64,000 bases of DNA from a virus: IMG/VR virus record IMGVR_UViG_3300028738_000014. The stretch is one strand, 5' to 3'. Position numbers and translations under genes: made by a program. Shown here piece by piece: positions 35,127 through 45,427 of this stretch (the first letter of the stretch is position 1; the number at the start of each line of letters is the position of its first letter). The notes beneath the pieces are model-generated. The model saw only the letters and a program-made list of their open reading frames with translations, was not told where the DNA came from and did no database searches.

Positions 35127-35789
35127 ATGGAAACTACAGTGAAACAAAGACTTATAATTTTTTTGGCCTATAAGAAAATAGGCCAAAAAACGTTTGCTTT
35201 GTCATGTAATTTATCAGGAGGCTTTGTAAATAGTATAAGAAGCTCAATTCAACCAAAAACTATGCATGCAATTGCCATGCAATATCCGGACTTAAATTCC
35301 GGTTGGTTATTGACTGGTGAGGGTGAAATGCTTAAAGAAAAATTAACCGATAATTTATTAATAAGTGAACCTAAATTAAACTATGAAAAAAAAGGTGTTC
35401 CGTATTACGATGTTGACTTTATAGGAGGGTATGATATGGTAATAAATGACAAGACAACAACTCCATCTTATTATATAGATTTTCAACAATATAATAAAGC
35501 TGATCACTGGGTAAATATAACCGGTCATTCAATGGAACCACTGATCTCACATGGTGACATGATAGCTATCAGAGAGCTTCAGGATTGGAATACATACTTG
35601 TTATCCGGTGAAATATATGTTGTGGTTACGGATGAGTATAGAACCGTTAAGAAGGTGCGAAAATCAGGAAAGGGAGATGATTACATCAGACTTGTACCCC
35701 TTAACTTGGAATTTGATGAACAGGATATTCCGAAATCAATTATAAGAAAGGTATTCCAGGTTCTTGGAACGGCAAAGAAGATATTCTAA
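35127..35789 (+). CDS. CI-like repressor (HTH plus S24 LexA-type peptidase)
   Basis: C-terminal ITGHSMEPLISHGDMIAI (G-x-SM-x-P...GD) and a basic serine/lysine region. Confidence 0.7.
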   Translation: METTVKQRLIIFLAYKKIGQKTFALSCNLSGGFVNSIRSSIQPKTMHAIAMQYPDLNSGWLLTGEGEMLKEKLTDNLLISEPKLNYEKKGVPYYDVDFIGGYDMVINDKTTTPSYYIDFQQYNKADHWVNITGHSMEPLISHGDMIAIRELQDWNTYLLSGEIYVVVTDEYRTVKKVRKSGKGDDYIRLVPLNLEFDEQDIPKSIIRKVFQVLGTAKKIF

Positions 35790-35912
35790 TGTATAAGCCC
35801 TCAAAATTAAACTGGATCCCGGATAGGTTATTTAAAATACTTATTGCAGTATTAGCAATTGGGGCGATAATCAGATTAATATACGAATTAATTAAACTAA
35901 TGATATAGACCT

Positions 35913-36083
35913 ATGTCAGATAATATCGAGAATTTAAAAATCATTGCTCTTCAGAAAAAACTAATTGAAGATCAAAATAGTGAAATATCAGTTCTCGAGC
36001 AAGAAGTTGCACTTCTAAATTTCGAGTTAAATTCCGTACATGCACCAGTACATAAAGTACATGAATACTCAGCATCTATATAA
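35913..36083 (+). CDS. small coiled-coil ORF (56 aa), excisionase candidate, not in track
   Basis: ATG at 35913; overlaps GTACAT repeat cluster upstream of int. Confidence 0.2.
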   Translation: MSDNIENLKIIALQKKLIEDQNSEISVLEQEVALLNFELNSVHAPVHKVHEYSASI

Positions 36084-36220
36084 AAATTAGTTATTGATAA
36101 TCAATCAATTAAAAATTGAAAAATACGCTTTGTGAAGTCTCATCCTGCGTACTTTTACATATTTAGGTCTGATTATCAATGCATAAATAAAAAAAGTACA
36201 TAAAACAGTACATAATTATT

Positions 36221-37348
36221 ATGATTAATCGGAATTATACCACACCTAAATTAAACAATTGCAAGGGCGATCTATCTAAATCCTGGTATATCTATTTTGT
36301 TTTCGAATACGAAGGAGAAAAGAAACAATTTCGAGTTAAAGATGGGATTAATTTTCTTAAGACAAAAAAAGAGCGAGAAGAATTTGCCTCCGTCTTAATT
36401 AATATATACGTCTTACGACTAAAAGAGGGATGGAACCCATTCACCAAAGAAATAAAGGAAGAAATACCTGATATTACCATCTCTCAGGCTCTTGATGATA
36501 TACTATCAGTAAAGAAGAGCTATATAACCCCCCGGTCCTATAAGACCTATAAGGATGAAATAAACCTTTTCAAGAAATGGCTTGTAATTGCCAAATTCGA
36601 TAAACTATTTGTTCACAATTTTACTAATAAGCAGGCCCGGGGGTACTTCGATTGGCTACTTAAAGTAAAAAAATATTGTGGTAAAACTCACAACGGTCAT
36701 TTAAGTATTCTCAGCACTTTTTTTAATTCTTTTGTTGAACGTCAGCTTATAACTGAAAGCCCTATAAAAGGAATTAAGAAAGTCAGACAGGATACTGGGA
36801 AAAACATTACTTACTCACCGGTAGAAGAACAGAAGTTCATTAAATACACTTATACAAATGATAAACCATTTTACTACGCAACCCGTTTTGTTAAATATGG
36901 GTTCTTTCGTCGTACAGAATTAGGGTTACTTCAAATTAAACATATCAAATGGGAAAATAAAACCATTGTTATTCCTTCAGAGAACTCAAAGGGGAGGGAT
37001 CAAAACAGCGTTACAATTCCGGAGTCGTTGGAAAAGATTATTATTGAAATGAATATACTTGAGTTGGATCCGGAACTTTATATTTTTGGCGAATATTTTA
37101 AACCAAATACGGAACCTATTAAAATGATCGAGTATTTTTCTAAAACTCAACGAGAAATTAATAAACTTATCGAAGTTCCATCAAAAGGATTCTATGCGTG
37201 GAAGCATACGGGCTGTATAGAACTTTATAATATTGTAAAAGATCCTTATGTTATTATGAGGCAATGTAGACATTCAAATATTAAAGATACAATGACATAT
37301 TTACGATCATTGGGTTGTGGAGTAAATGAAGAAGTTAGGAGATGGTAA
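36221..37348 (+). CDS. int: tyrosine site-specific integrase
   Basis: C-terminal WKHTG...RQCRHSNIKDTMTYLRS (R, H-x-x-R, Y). Confidence 0.75.
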   Translation: MINRNYTTPKLNNCKGDLSKSWYIYFVFEYEGEKKQFRVKDGINFLKTKKEREEFASVLINIYVLRLKEGWNPFTKEIKEEIPDITISQALDDILSVKKSYITPRSYKTYKDEINLFKKWLVIAKFDKLFVHNFTNKQARGYFDWLLKVKKYCGKTHNGHLSILSTFFNSFVERQLITESPIKGIKKVRQDTGKNITYSPVEEQKFIKYTYTNDKPFYYATRFVKYGFFRRTELGLLQIKHIKWENKTIVIPSENSKGRDQNSVTIPESLEKIIIEMNILELDPELYIFGEYFKPNTEPIKMIEYFSKTQREINKLIEVPSKGFYAWKHTGCIELYNIVKDPYVIMRQCRHSNIKDTMTYLRSLGCGVNEEVRRW

Positions 37349-37420
37349 AAAAATAATTTAAAAATAATTGCGTGAATGTTTGGTGAATAAAAAATAACCT
37401 CTATCTTTGCAAAATCAAAT

Positions 37421-37463
37421 GCGAGTTATATTTCTTAGAAATAAGAGGTGTAACTCGCTTTTT
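37421..37463 (+). terminator. hairpin plus T5 downstream of int
   Basis: GCGAGTTA...TAACTCGC followed by TTTTT; TATCTTTG promoter box just upstream (37392-37399). Confidence 0.4.
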
Positions 37464-37644
37464 GCGTTATATCTACCTCTGTTTTTCTACATAACACCCT
37501 CACACTAAGCCGGGAATCATAATAATGATTCCATGAAAGCGACTAAAATTCTTAAATTACATTCACTTATAGGACAAAATAACCACCTCAATTTTACAGA
37601 ACGTCAAAACCGATGCTCTGTCATTCTTATGTCAAAAAATTAAT

Positions 37645-37827
37645 ATGAATACACGACTATTAATCAGAGCTCTTTGTAGATATCGAAAGAGCAAACAAGA
37701 AGCTTTAAAAATTAACATAAAGCACGGAAGAACTGATTTATCTGATAAAAATATACGTCAGATTTTAGAGATAGACACTTCTATTGATGAGTTGGAAAAT
37801 CAGCTAATCGAAGAAAGATTAAATTAA
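37645..37827 (+). CDS. hypothetical small protein
   Basis: ORF. Confidence 0.35.
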   Translation: MNTRLLIRALCRYRKSKQEALKINIKHGRTDLSDKNIRQILEIDTSIDELENQLIEERLN

Positions 37828-37828
37828 T

Positions 37829-38104
37829 ATGAATCTAAACTTTAATAATCCAATTTCTATCACGGGTACCCGGTTAACTCCATTACCAAAACAAAACATT
37901 TCAGCAGTCAATTACAATAAGAAATTTACTTTATGGTTAATCGAAAATGCAAAATTAGAGTGTAAAGGTAAGGATCATTTGACGCTTTTACTCAGCTTTA
38001 TAAAGCCGAATAAGCGTGGTGAAATTACAGTTTTTGATAAAGACAATTTAAACATGGTCCTATTTGGATCAGTAAACATTAAAATAGATTATGAAAATAT
38101 GTAG
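37829..38104 (+). CDS. hypothetical protein
   Basis: ORF. Confidence 0.4.
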   Translation: MNLNFNNPISITGTRLTPLPKQNISAVNYNKKFTLWLIENAKLECKGKDHLTLLLSFIKPNKRGEITVFDKDNLNMVLFGSVNIKIDYENM

Positions 38105-38474
38105 TAGTTGTGGAGAACCAAAAGCGGACTCCGAATTTATAAGAAGATGTGGTCGATGTAAACATTGTCTATACCTTGAAAATCTAGCCTGGAGAGAAAA
38201 GAACAAAGATAAGGTGAGCAAATTTAATGCTTCTCGTTATAAAACCAATCACTCCGTAACAATCAATAAAATTTCAAAGATACCGGTTAAAGAAAAACCG
38301 ATCAAAGAAATAAAAGTGAAAATTATAAAACCTGAACGCCCAAAATCTAAAAAGGTGACCATGGTACGAGTTCATTCAACAGAGAATAGGAGCGTAAAGC
38401 TCGTAAATAACCATTGGGAAAAACAGTTACTTGAAATTAAGAACAGGGTAAAAGTTTGGGAGGATCAGCAATAA
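38091..38474 (+). CDS. zinc-finger protein
   Basis: CSSCG...CGRCKHC. Confidence 0.4.
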   Translation: MKICSSCGEPKADSEFIRRCGRCKHCLYLENLAWREKNKDKVSKFNASRYKTNHSVTINKISKIPVKEKPIKEIKVKIIKPERPKSKKVTMVRVHSTENRSVKLVNNHWEKQLLEIKNRVKVWEDQQ

Positions 38475-38785
38475 TGAGACAAATATCAGTAAAACAAGCT
38501 TCAAAAAATTATACGCTTGCAAAAATAAAAAAAAGATTAATAGCAAAGAACGGATGTACATGCGTGATATGTCAGAGACGCGGAGAAGACTTAATGCATT
38601 TATTACCTAAAAGTATTTACCCTGAATACTATTTAAAGCCTGAAAATTTAGTTATTGGCTGTCGATCATGTCATAATCAGTTTGACGATCAACAGAACTT
38701 TAGAAAGCTTCAAATTGACCTTTATGAGCAGGTGTGCACGTTTGATGTACTTAACGCTTCCCGATATTTTGGATTTAATAACTAA
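38456..38785 (+). CDS. HNH endonuclease
   Basis: CVICQRRGEDLMHLLPKS...NLVIGCRSCHNQ. Confidence 0.6.
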   Translation: MGGSAIMRQISVKQASKNYTLAKIKKRLIAKNGCTCVICQRRGEDLMHLLPKSIYPEYYLKPENLVIGCRSCHNQFDDQQNFRKLQIDLYEQVCTFDVLNASRYFGFNN

Positions 38786-38803
38786 CAATTAAAAATAAAC
38801 ACA

Positions 38804-39907
38804 ATGAAAATTACAGTTTCTAAAAATGAGCTACTAAAAAAGCTCCTGATGGTTAGAAAAATCATCACAACGAGTAAAACAACTCCTGATCTTGAATTTT
38901 TCAAGTTTGATTGTGGTGAGCATCTCAGAGTAACCGGTTCGGATATCAATGGATCAATTACTGCTTCGATAGATTGCAAAATTGAGAACCTTGAACTATT
39001 CACACTTCTTATCGATGCAAAGATCATGATTGATGCATTAAAAGAATTATCTGAACAACCGATCGAAATTGATGTAAAAGGTTCTAAGGTGACTGTAATC
39101 TACCATAACGGTACATTTGAACTCATTGGAGGTAATGCGAACTCTTATCCTGTTGTTACCATTCCTGAAGATGCTTTTCCTATCGTAATCGAAAAACAAA
39201 AGTTAATCGATGGAATTAAATCAGTCTCTTTATTCACGGCTACCGATGAACTTCGCCCGGTTATGTCAGGAGTAAACATTCAATCAAAAGATGGTGTCCT
39301 TACTTTTGTTGCCACCGATGCAACGAAATTAGGAATCCATGAATACGAATCGGATTATCCGGATTTCAGTTCAATTATTCCTAAAAAAACTGCTAAACTG
39401 ATTTGCGATCTGATTTCTGAAATGAAAGAAGATACACTCACCCTCACCATTTCCTCTAAAAATATTTCTCTAAACACCGGTGTATACTCCCTTATTTATA
39501 GACTCATTGAGGGTCGTTATCCTAACTTTAGAGGCGTAATACCTCAGAATAATCCTATCGAGTTACAAACGAATCGAAGTGATTTAATGGGATGTATTCG
39601 CCGTATATCGGTATTCTCAAACAAAAATACATCACTTATAAAACTTGATCTAAGTTCTGACAGTTTGAAAATCAATTCTCAGGATATCGATTTTAGTTTG
39701 GCAGCTGAAGAACTATTGAAAGTAGATTATTCCGGAGATCCACTGACTATCGGGTTTAGTGGAACTGCGCTTCTCGAGGTGCTTGGATCAATTAGCTCCG
39801 AGGAATGTTTACTCACGTTCTCAACACCTGGAAAGGCGGCTCTAGTCACTCCTATGGGAGTTGAAGGAATTACTTTACTTATTATGCCAACTCTCGTAAA
39901 TAACTAA
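38804..39907 (+). CDS. dnaN: DNA polymerase III beta sliding clamp
   Basis: 367 aa; opening MKITVSKNELLKKLLMV...LRVTGSDINGSITASID parallels DnaN. Confidence 0.7.
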   Translation: MKITVSKNELLKKLLMVRKIITTSKTTPDLEFFKFDCGEHLRVTGSDINGSITASIDCKIENLELFTLLIDAKIMIDALKELSEQPIEIDVKGSKVTVIYHNGTFELIGGNANSYPVVTIPEDAFPIVIEKQKLIDGIKSVSLFTATDELRPVMSGVNIQSKDGVLTFVATDATKLGIHEYESDYPDFSSIIPKKTAKLICDLISEMKEDTLTLTISSKNISLNTGVYSLIYRLIEGRYPNFRGVIPQNNPIELQTNRSDLMGCIRRISVFSNKNTSLIKLDLSSDSLKINSQDIDFSLAAEELLKVDYSGDPLTIGFSGTALLEVLGSISSEECLLTFSTPGKAALVTPMGVEGITLLIMPTLVNN

Positions 39908-39911
39908 AATT

Positions 39912-40298
39912 ATGTCAAAAGCAACTAACCCTTTTAAAAATACTATTAAATTATTTCTTGAAAATAAAGCGCAAACAGACACCCTGTTTGCGCCAAAATT
40001 CAAGAATACCGCAAAGAATATTGAAGATTGCGTAACATATATCCTCAATACCGTACAGAAAAGTGGAAATAACGGATTTACAGACGATGAAATCTTTGGA
40101 ATGGCAATTCATTACTATGACGAGGAATCAATCGAAGTAGGAAAGCCGGTTAACTGTAAGGTAGTAGTTAATCACTCAGTGGCTAATGAAGAAAAAGAGT
40201 CGAGGAATGAAGAAATTAAATCCATTAAAAAGAAAATGGGTAAAAAAGACTCAGGAATAATCAAGTTAAGTTTATTTGACGATGAAAGCGAAGACTAA
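39912..40298 (+). CDS. hypothetical protein
   Basis: ORF. Confidence 0.4.
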   Translation: MSKATNPFKNTIKLFLENKAQTDTLFAPKFKNTAKNIEDCVTYILNTVQKSGNNGFTDDEIFGMAIHYYDEESIEVGKPVNCKVVVNHSVANEEKESRNEEIKSIKKKMGKKDSGIIKLSLFDDESED

Positions 40299-41697
40299 AC
40301 TCCAGGTTGAGGTTATGAGCCTCACTAAACAATTACCTTATATCGAGGATAAAGTCCTTTCATGGGCCAAGGTTGAATGTTTGAAGCACATAGGTTATGC
40401 AACCAAGAACCGAGTTATTTGCATGGATTGCGGACAAAAATTCTCTACTGAATTAGTGAGTCGCAATAAGGCCGTTTGTCCTTATTGCAAAACAAAACTA
40501 GTTATTGAACAATCTAAATGCAGAACCAATAAGCAGGATATCTATGTAGCCTACGCACAAGTTTGCGGTGAATTTCAGGTTATAAGGAATTTTGAACTTA
40601 TTTCATATCATAAATCTGATAATCAGGTCTATTATTATTTTATCGAAGTACTTCAACATTGGATCAAGTCAGATAAAAAACGTGAAGTAGTTGCACTGAA
40701 CCATACGCAAAATGGATACATTGATTCCTGGAATGGAACTATGGAAATAAGAAAGAATTATCGTAATAATTACTATTACAATGCGGACAAATACGATATC
40801 TATCCTGTAAAACTTCATCCGAGTTCGAAATTCAAACCGGAATATGTCAAATATGGTATTGATAGAAATTTAAGTGGAATAACTTCACTGGAAGCTATCA
40901 GTTATATTTCTAAAAATCCAAAGTGCGAAACTCTTTTAAAAGCTAAACAGTATTCTTTACTCTCGTTATCTCTTGACAGAAGTTTTACAACAACTAAAAC
41001 AAATACTTATTGGGACTCAATTAAAATTTGCATGAGAAACAAGTATATAGTTAAGGATGCTAATATATGGTTCGATTACCTGGATTTGCTCAAGTACTTT
41101 AAAAAAGATCTTAATAACGCTTATTATGTTTGTCCAAAAGACCTGAATAAACAACATGATATTTATGTCAAGCGCAAAGGTAAGATCATGGATTTCGAAC
41201 GAATGCAGCGTGATTACCTGTCACTACTAAAATATTATGGTAAACCGGCTGGTAAAGACTTTATTTATCCAAGAAATTTAAAGGCGGAATATAAGATTTT
41301 AAACGACAGGAAAAAACTTGAAGGACTAGAAAAAAAGAAAAAGGAATTATCGAAATTGGATATCAAATATAAGAAATTTATTGAAAAGTTTTTGAATATC
41401 GAAATGCTCGATAAGGAAATTGAAATTAGTCCTTTGAAATCAGTCGAAGAATTTTACACAGAAGGCTTAACAATGAATCATTGCGTATATACCAATTCAT
41501 ATTATGAAAAACCAGAATCGCTCATTTTAAGTGCTCATATCAAAAACGAACCTATTGAAACCGTAGAAGTATCGCTAAAGAGCTTTAAAGTTGTACAGAG
41601 CCGTGGAAAGTTCAATAAAGATACTAAATATCACGATCGGATTATAAAGCTTGTAAATCGTAATATAAGTAAAATTAAAAAACTTCAAATCGCTTAA
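40276..41697 (+). CDS. PcfJ-like protein
   Basis: N-terminal Zn ribbon CMDCG...CPYC then large domain; layout typical of PcfJ-like proteins. Confidence 0.35.
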   Translation: MTMKAKTKLQVEVMSLTKQLPYIEDKVLSWAKVECLKHIGYATKNRVICMDCGQKFSTELVSRNKAVCPYCKTKLVIEQSKCRTNKQDIYVAYAQVCGEFQVIRNFELISYHKSDNQVYYYFIEVLQHWIKSDKKREVVALNHTQNGYIDSWNGTMEIRKNYRNNYYYNADKYDIYPVKLHPSSKFKPEYVKYGIDRNLSGITSLEAISYISKNPKCETLLKAKQYSLLSLSLDRSFTTTKTNTYWDSIKICMRNKYIVKDANIWFDYLDLLKYFKKDLNNAYYVCPKDLNKQHDIYVKRKGKIMDFERMQRDYLSLLKYYGKPAGKDFIYPRNLKAEYKILNDRKKLEGLEKKKKELSKLDIKYKKFIEKFLNIEMLDKEIEISPLKSVEEFYTEGLTMNHCVYTNSYYEKPESLILSAHIKNEPIETVEVSLKSFKVVQSRGKFNKDTKYHDRIIKLVNRNISKIKKLQIA

Positions 41698-41800
41698 CAA
41701 TGGATGATTTAAGCGGTCCTCAAAGAGTGGGTGATGTAATACTCACTTTATATCCTGAATTAAAAAATAAAAAGAAATTTAATACTCTAAAATAAACAAA

Positions 41801-41992
41801 ATGGTAACAACGATTTTAAGATTTGAAGACGACGTGGATTATTTAGAAATAAAAAAATCAGAAAATGGTATTGAAATAGGAACTGGTTCTCTTGATGATT
41901 TTCAAGCTTGGTCGTCAGTGGAATTAAATCCTGACCAAATAAAAGATTTGATTCTATTTTTGAAAAAAGAACTTGATAACTTAGATAAATAA
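41801..41992 (+). CDS. hypothetical small acidic protein
   Basis: ORF. Confidence 0.35.
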   Translation: MVTTILRFEDDVDYLEIKKSENGIEIGTGSLDDFQAWSSVELNPDQIKDLILFLKKELDNLDK

Positions 41993-41994
41993 TA

Positions 41995-42795
41995 ATGGCT
42001 CTAAGAGATCAACCATATTTACCTTTATTTATTCAGGACTTTCTAACCGATGAAAAACTTGCTGAATGTTCAGCGAGTGCTACCGGCGTTTATATCCGGC
42101 TTATGTGTTTAATGCATAAGTCGGATGATTACGGTAAAATTTTGCTTAAGCAAAAATATAAAAAGAGTAATAATCCGGTAATGAATTTTGCTTCACAAAT
42201 TGCAAAACAAATGCCTTACGATTTCCAAACTGTGACTAACGCACTTGTGGAATTATTAGATGAAAAAGTTCTAATAATGGAGGGTGAAGTTATAATCCAA
42301 AAGAGAATGGTTAAAGACAATGCATTAAGTGAAAAACGATCTTCAGCAGGTAAAAAAGGAGGAGATAAAACTCTTGGTAAACATGAAAATTTTGCTCAAG
42401 CAAATGCTCAAGCAAAAGTGCAAGCAAACTCTGAATATGAATATGAAGATGAAAGTATTATTAAAAGTAAAGAAAGTAATAGTATTGCGGAAAATTTAAT
42501 TTTTCAACAATATCAAGTAATTCCAATTGATAAATTACTCGATTGTATGCTATCAGATGATCAATGGGTACAGGATATTGCAAGAATTCATCATCTATCA
42601 ACGGATTACGACAAAGCAATTAAATATTCTAAAGAGTGGATTTCTTTGTATGTTGATAAATTAAGAGGCGATAACGTAAAAGAAAAGCCTATAAATGAGT
42701 GTTTTGGACATTGTTCCAATTGGATTAAACAAGAAAAAAATAGACAAAACAATGGAAAACAACAACAGGAAAAAACGAACGTCTTCGTCGCCTAG
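41995..42795 (+). CDS. replisome organiser-like protein (DUF1376-like N-terminus)
   Basis: LPLFIQDFLTDEKL...GVYIRLMCLMHKS; overlaps the dnaB start. Confidence 0.4.
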   Translation: MALRDQPYLPLFIQDFLTDEKLAECSASATGVYIRLMCLMHKSDDYGKILLKQKYKKSNNPVMNFASQIAKQMPYDFQTVTNALVELLDEKVLIMEGEVIIQKRMVKDNALSEKRSSAGKKGGDKTLGKHENFAQANAQAKVQANSEYEYEDESIIKSKESNSIAENLIFQQYQVIPIDKLLDCMLSDDQWVQDIARIHHLSTDYDKAIKYSKEWISLYVDKLRGDNVKEKPINECFGHCSNWIKQEKNRQNNGKQQQEKTNVFVA

Positions 42796-44227
42796 CCCGG
42801 TATCGGCAAATGAATTTGGTAAACTTCCACCTCAAGCAACGGAATTAGAGGAATTGATATTAGGCGCTGTAATGCTTGAAAAAGAAGCTATAGAACGAAT
42901 TGAGTTAGTTCCGGATGATTTCTATAGAGTTGCTCACCAAAAGATATATTCAGCCGTGTTGAGGCTTAAAAACAGCCATAATCCGGTTGATATGTTCACG
43001 GTAACCGACGAACTTCGTAAATCAGGTGAAATTGACGAGGTGGGAGGTCCATATTTCATTTCAATTCTTACATCAAAAGTAAGTTCTGCAGCACATATCG
43101 AATTTCATGCACAGATTGTGAAACAGAAATCAATTGCCAGGAACTTAATTCACATGGCTTCTGAAATTCAGAGCATGGCATACGATGACAAGGTTGATGT
43201 TTCGGATGTGATTGAGTATACAGAACAGGCGTTTTCTGATATAAGTACATTTAGTCAGGATTCTGATTATTCGGATATGCCGGAATCAATACAGGAAACG
43301 ATAGAGTATTTACAAGAACAGCAACGGAAAAGAGAAGCCGGTGAAAATGTTGGTATTCCAACAGGATTAGATGCTCTTGATAGGTCGCTAAATGGTGGAT
43401 GGTCAGCTCCGGATCTGATCATAATAGGAGGAAGACCCTCGATGGGAAAGACGCAATTTGCTGTAAGTTTTGCTAAGGCAGCCGGTGCTTCAGGTAACGA
43501 TACCCTTTTTCTATCGCTTGAAATGACTAAAAAGCAACTTATCATGCGAATGATTAACGAGCAGGACGGTATTTCATTCTATAACATGAAAAACGGGCAG
43601 CTTTCAAAAGAAGAATGGAGTCTAATCGAAAATAAAATAGCTGAATTAGAGAGATTGAATATAAAAATTGCGGATAGTGTGAAGTCCAGGTACTTACATA
43701 ATATTAAATCCAATGCCCGTAAACTTCATAGACAAGGAAAATTAAAGTTAATGATTATCGATTACCTGCAGTATATCAAAACAAATTTAAAGTTTGGTAC
43801 CCGGGACTTGGAAATAGGATTTATCACAAGTGAGTTAAAGGCTCTAGGAAAGGAATTGAATATTCCTATCATTTTACTCGCTCAGCTGAACAGACCACCA
43901 AAGGGACAACATATTCAAAAACCTGAACTTTCGGACCTTCGTGAATCCGGAAATATTGAACAGGATGCGGATATCGTCATTTTTCCACACCGGCCAAGTT
44001 ATTACGAAGAAAATGCAATTGATGATCAAAATCGATCCTGGACTAATCGCGGAATACTTTATATGGGAAAAAACAGAGAGGGAATGAAAAATGAAAAAGT
44101 ATTATTCCAACACGATGATCGATTTAAGAAAATATGGGATGATGGAATTACTCCTTATTTTAATAATCCCGTAACAGCTGGATTTGAAAATATCGTGAGC
44201 AAGCTTAATGATGATGAACCCTTTTAA
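42752..44227 (+). CDS. dnaB: replicative DNA helicase DnaB
   Basis: N-terminal ELEELILGAVMLEKEAIERI, Walker A GGRPSMGKTQFA, RecA-like motifs; first ATG (MENNN) used, track starts 42695. Confidence 0.8.
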   Translation: MENNNRKKRTSSSPSPVSANEFGKLPPQATELEELILGAVMLEKEAIERIELVPDDFYRVAHQKIYSAVLRLKNSHNPVDMFTVTDELRKSGEIDEVGGPYFISILTSKVSSAAHIEFHAQIVKQKSIARNLIHMASEIQSMAYDDKVDVSDVIEYTEQAFSDISTFSQDSDYSDMPESIQETIEYLQEQQRKREAGENVGIPTGLDALDRSLNGGWSAPDLIIIGGRPSMGKTQFAVSFAKAAGASGNDTLFLSLEMTKKQLIMRMINEQDGISFYNMKNGQLSKEEWSLIENKIAELERLNIKIADSVKSRYLHNIKSNARKLHRQGKLKLMIIDYLQYIKTNLKFGTRDLEIGFITSELKALGKELNIPIILLAQLNRPPKGQHIQKPELSDLRESGNIEQDADIVIFPHRPSYYEENAIDDQNRSWTNRGILYMGKNREGMKNEKVLFQHDDRFKKIWDDGITPYFNNPVTAGFENIVSKLNDDEPF

Positions 44228-44789
44228 TATGAGCACCGAAATAAATAATTACATAACAAAAAGATATCTTAAATGGCTTGATTATGCAAAGTATCATTGT
44301 TCTCTTGCCGGGATTGTAGATGAAAGCGAGGATGTACTCAATGAAGTTATTCTTTCTTTATTGCAAAAGGAAGAAGAGGTGCTTATGAACTTATTAAATT
44401 CAAAATCCGGGCAATATACAGAATTAGATTACTACGTGCTACGAATGATTAAACTAAATGCAAGTTCACCCACTTCACCTTATCAGAGTAAATACAAACC
44501 TATTCCCTCAGATACTAACGTGGATTATTCAACGCTTGAAATCGAAGATCAGGGGAACGATGATCCGGACCGATCGGGATATATTTTGGAACGTATGCAC
44601 GAGATCCGTTCAACAATTGAAGAACTAGGATTCAGCGAAAAAGCAATGCAAGTATTTGAATTCAGGTTCTTCAATGATGGTGTTTTCAAAGAGTGGGACG
44701 GGGATGAAAGTACAAAAGAACTTTACGATCTTTACTCCAGGATTATCAAAGTACTTAGAAAAAAAATAAAAGGAGAATTAATATTTTAA
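44208..44789 (+). CDS. hypothetical protein
   Basis: ORF. Confidence 0.4.
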   Translation: MMMNPFNMSTEINNYITKRYLKWLDYAKYHCSLAGIVDESEDVLNEVILSLLQKEEEVLMNLLNSKSGQYTELDYYVLRMIKLNASSPTSPYQSKYKPIPSDTNVDYSTLEIEDQGNDDPDRSGYILERMHEIRSTIEELGFSEKAMQVFEFRFFNDGVFKEWDGDESTKELYDLYSRIIKVLRKKIKGELIF

Positions 44790-44794
44790 AAGCT

Positions 44795-45055
44795 ATGAAG
44801 CCATTAATCACAACGAAAATTATTAAAGATAACGGGGATATTCATACGCTTGAGCTATTTTCATATAAAAGTGCATTTGTATTACACAAACACCTGATAA
44901 CCTCAGATGATAAGAAAGCAGAATTATTTCAAAAAATGAGAAAGTTCTGGGGAAAATGGTATTGTAAACAGGAAATAGTAATTTCAAAAGAGGAATACCG
45001 GGCTATCGTTGGATTTTATGAGAGTAAAAAATGTAAAACATATAAAAACAATTAA
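44795..45055 (+). CDS. hypothetical protein
   Basis: ORF. Confidence 0.4.
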   Translation: MKPLITTKIIKDNGDIHTLELFSYKSAFVLHKHLITSDDKKAELFQKMRKFWGKWYCKQEIVISKEEYRAIVGFYESKKCKTYKNN

Positions 45056-45058
45056 GAT

Positions 45059-45427
45059 ATGAACAAACAACAATTTATGGCAATGAGTTTGCGTTATGGG
45101 TTAAAAGTAATTCAAAAGGATTTAATTGGAACTTTATTTTCAATTGATATAGAAGAAAATTCAATTGGAGTTAGATTTAATGAAAAGGAATGCAGCTTCC
45201 ACAGTATATCAAATAACTTTTGTAAACCTATCCTTCACCCACTTTCTGACCTCACAAAAGAGATTGAGCATGACGGGGAAAAGTTTGTACCGATGGACTC
45301 AATTAAAAAAGAATTTGGAGACTTAAAGTTAACTATTGATAACAACAAGGATTTAAGAGTGTCAATAGCTCCTTTTGCATATTTAGATTTAGAAGTTATT
45401 CCATTTATTCAAAAACTTATTTCTTGA
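45059..45427 (+). CDS. hypothetical protein
   Basis: ORF. Confidence 0.4.
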   Translation: MNKQQFMAMSLRYGLKVIQKDLIGTLFSIDIEENSIGVRFNEKECSFHSISNNFCKPILHPLSDLTKEIEHDGEKFVPMDSIKKEFGDLKLTIDNNKDLRVSIAPFAYLDLEVIPFIQKLIS

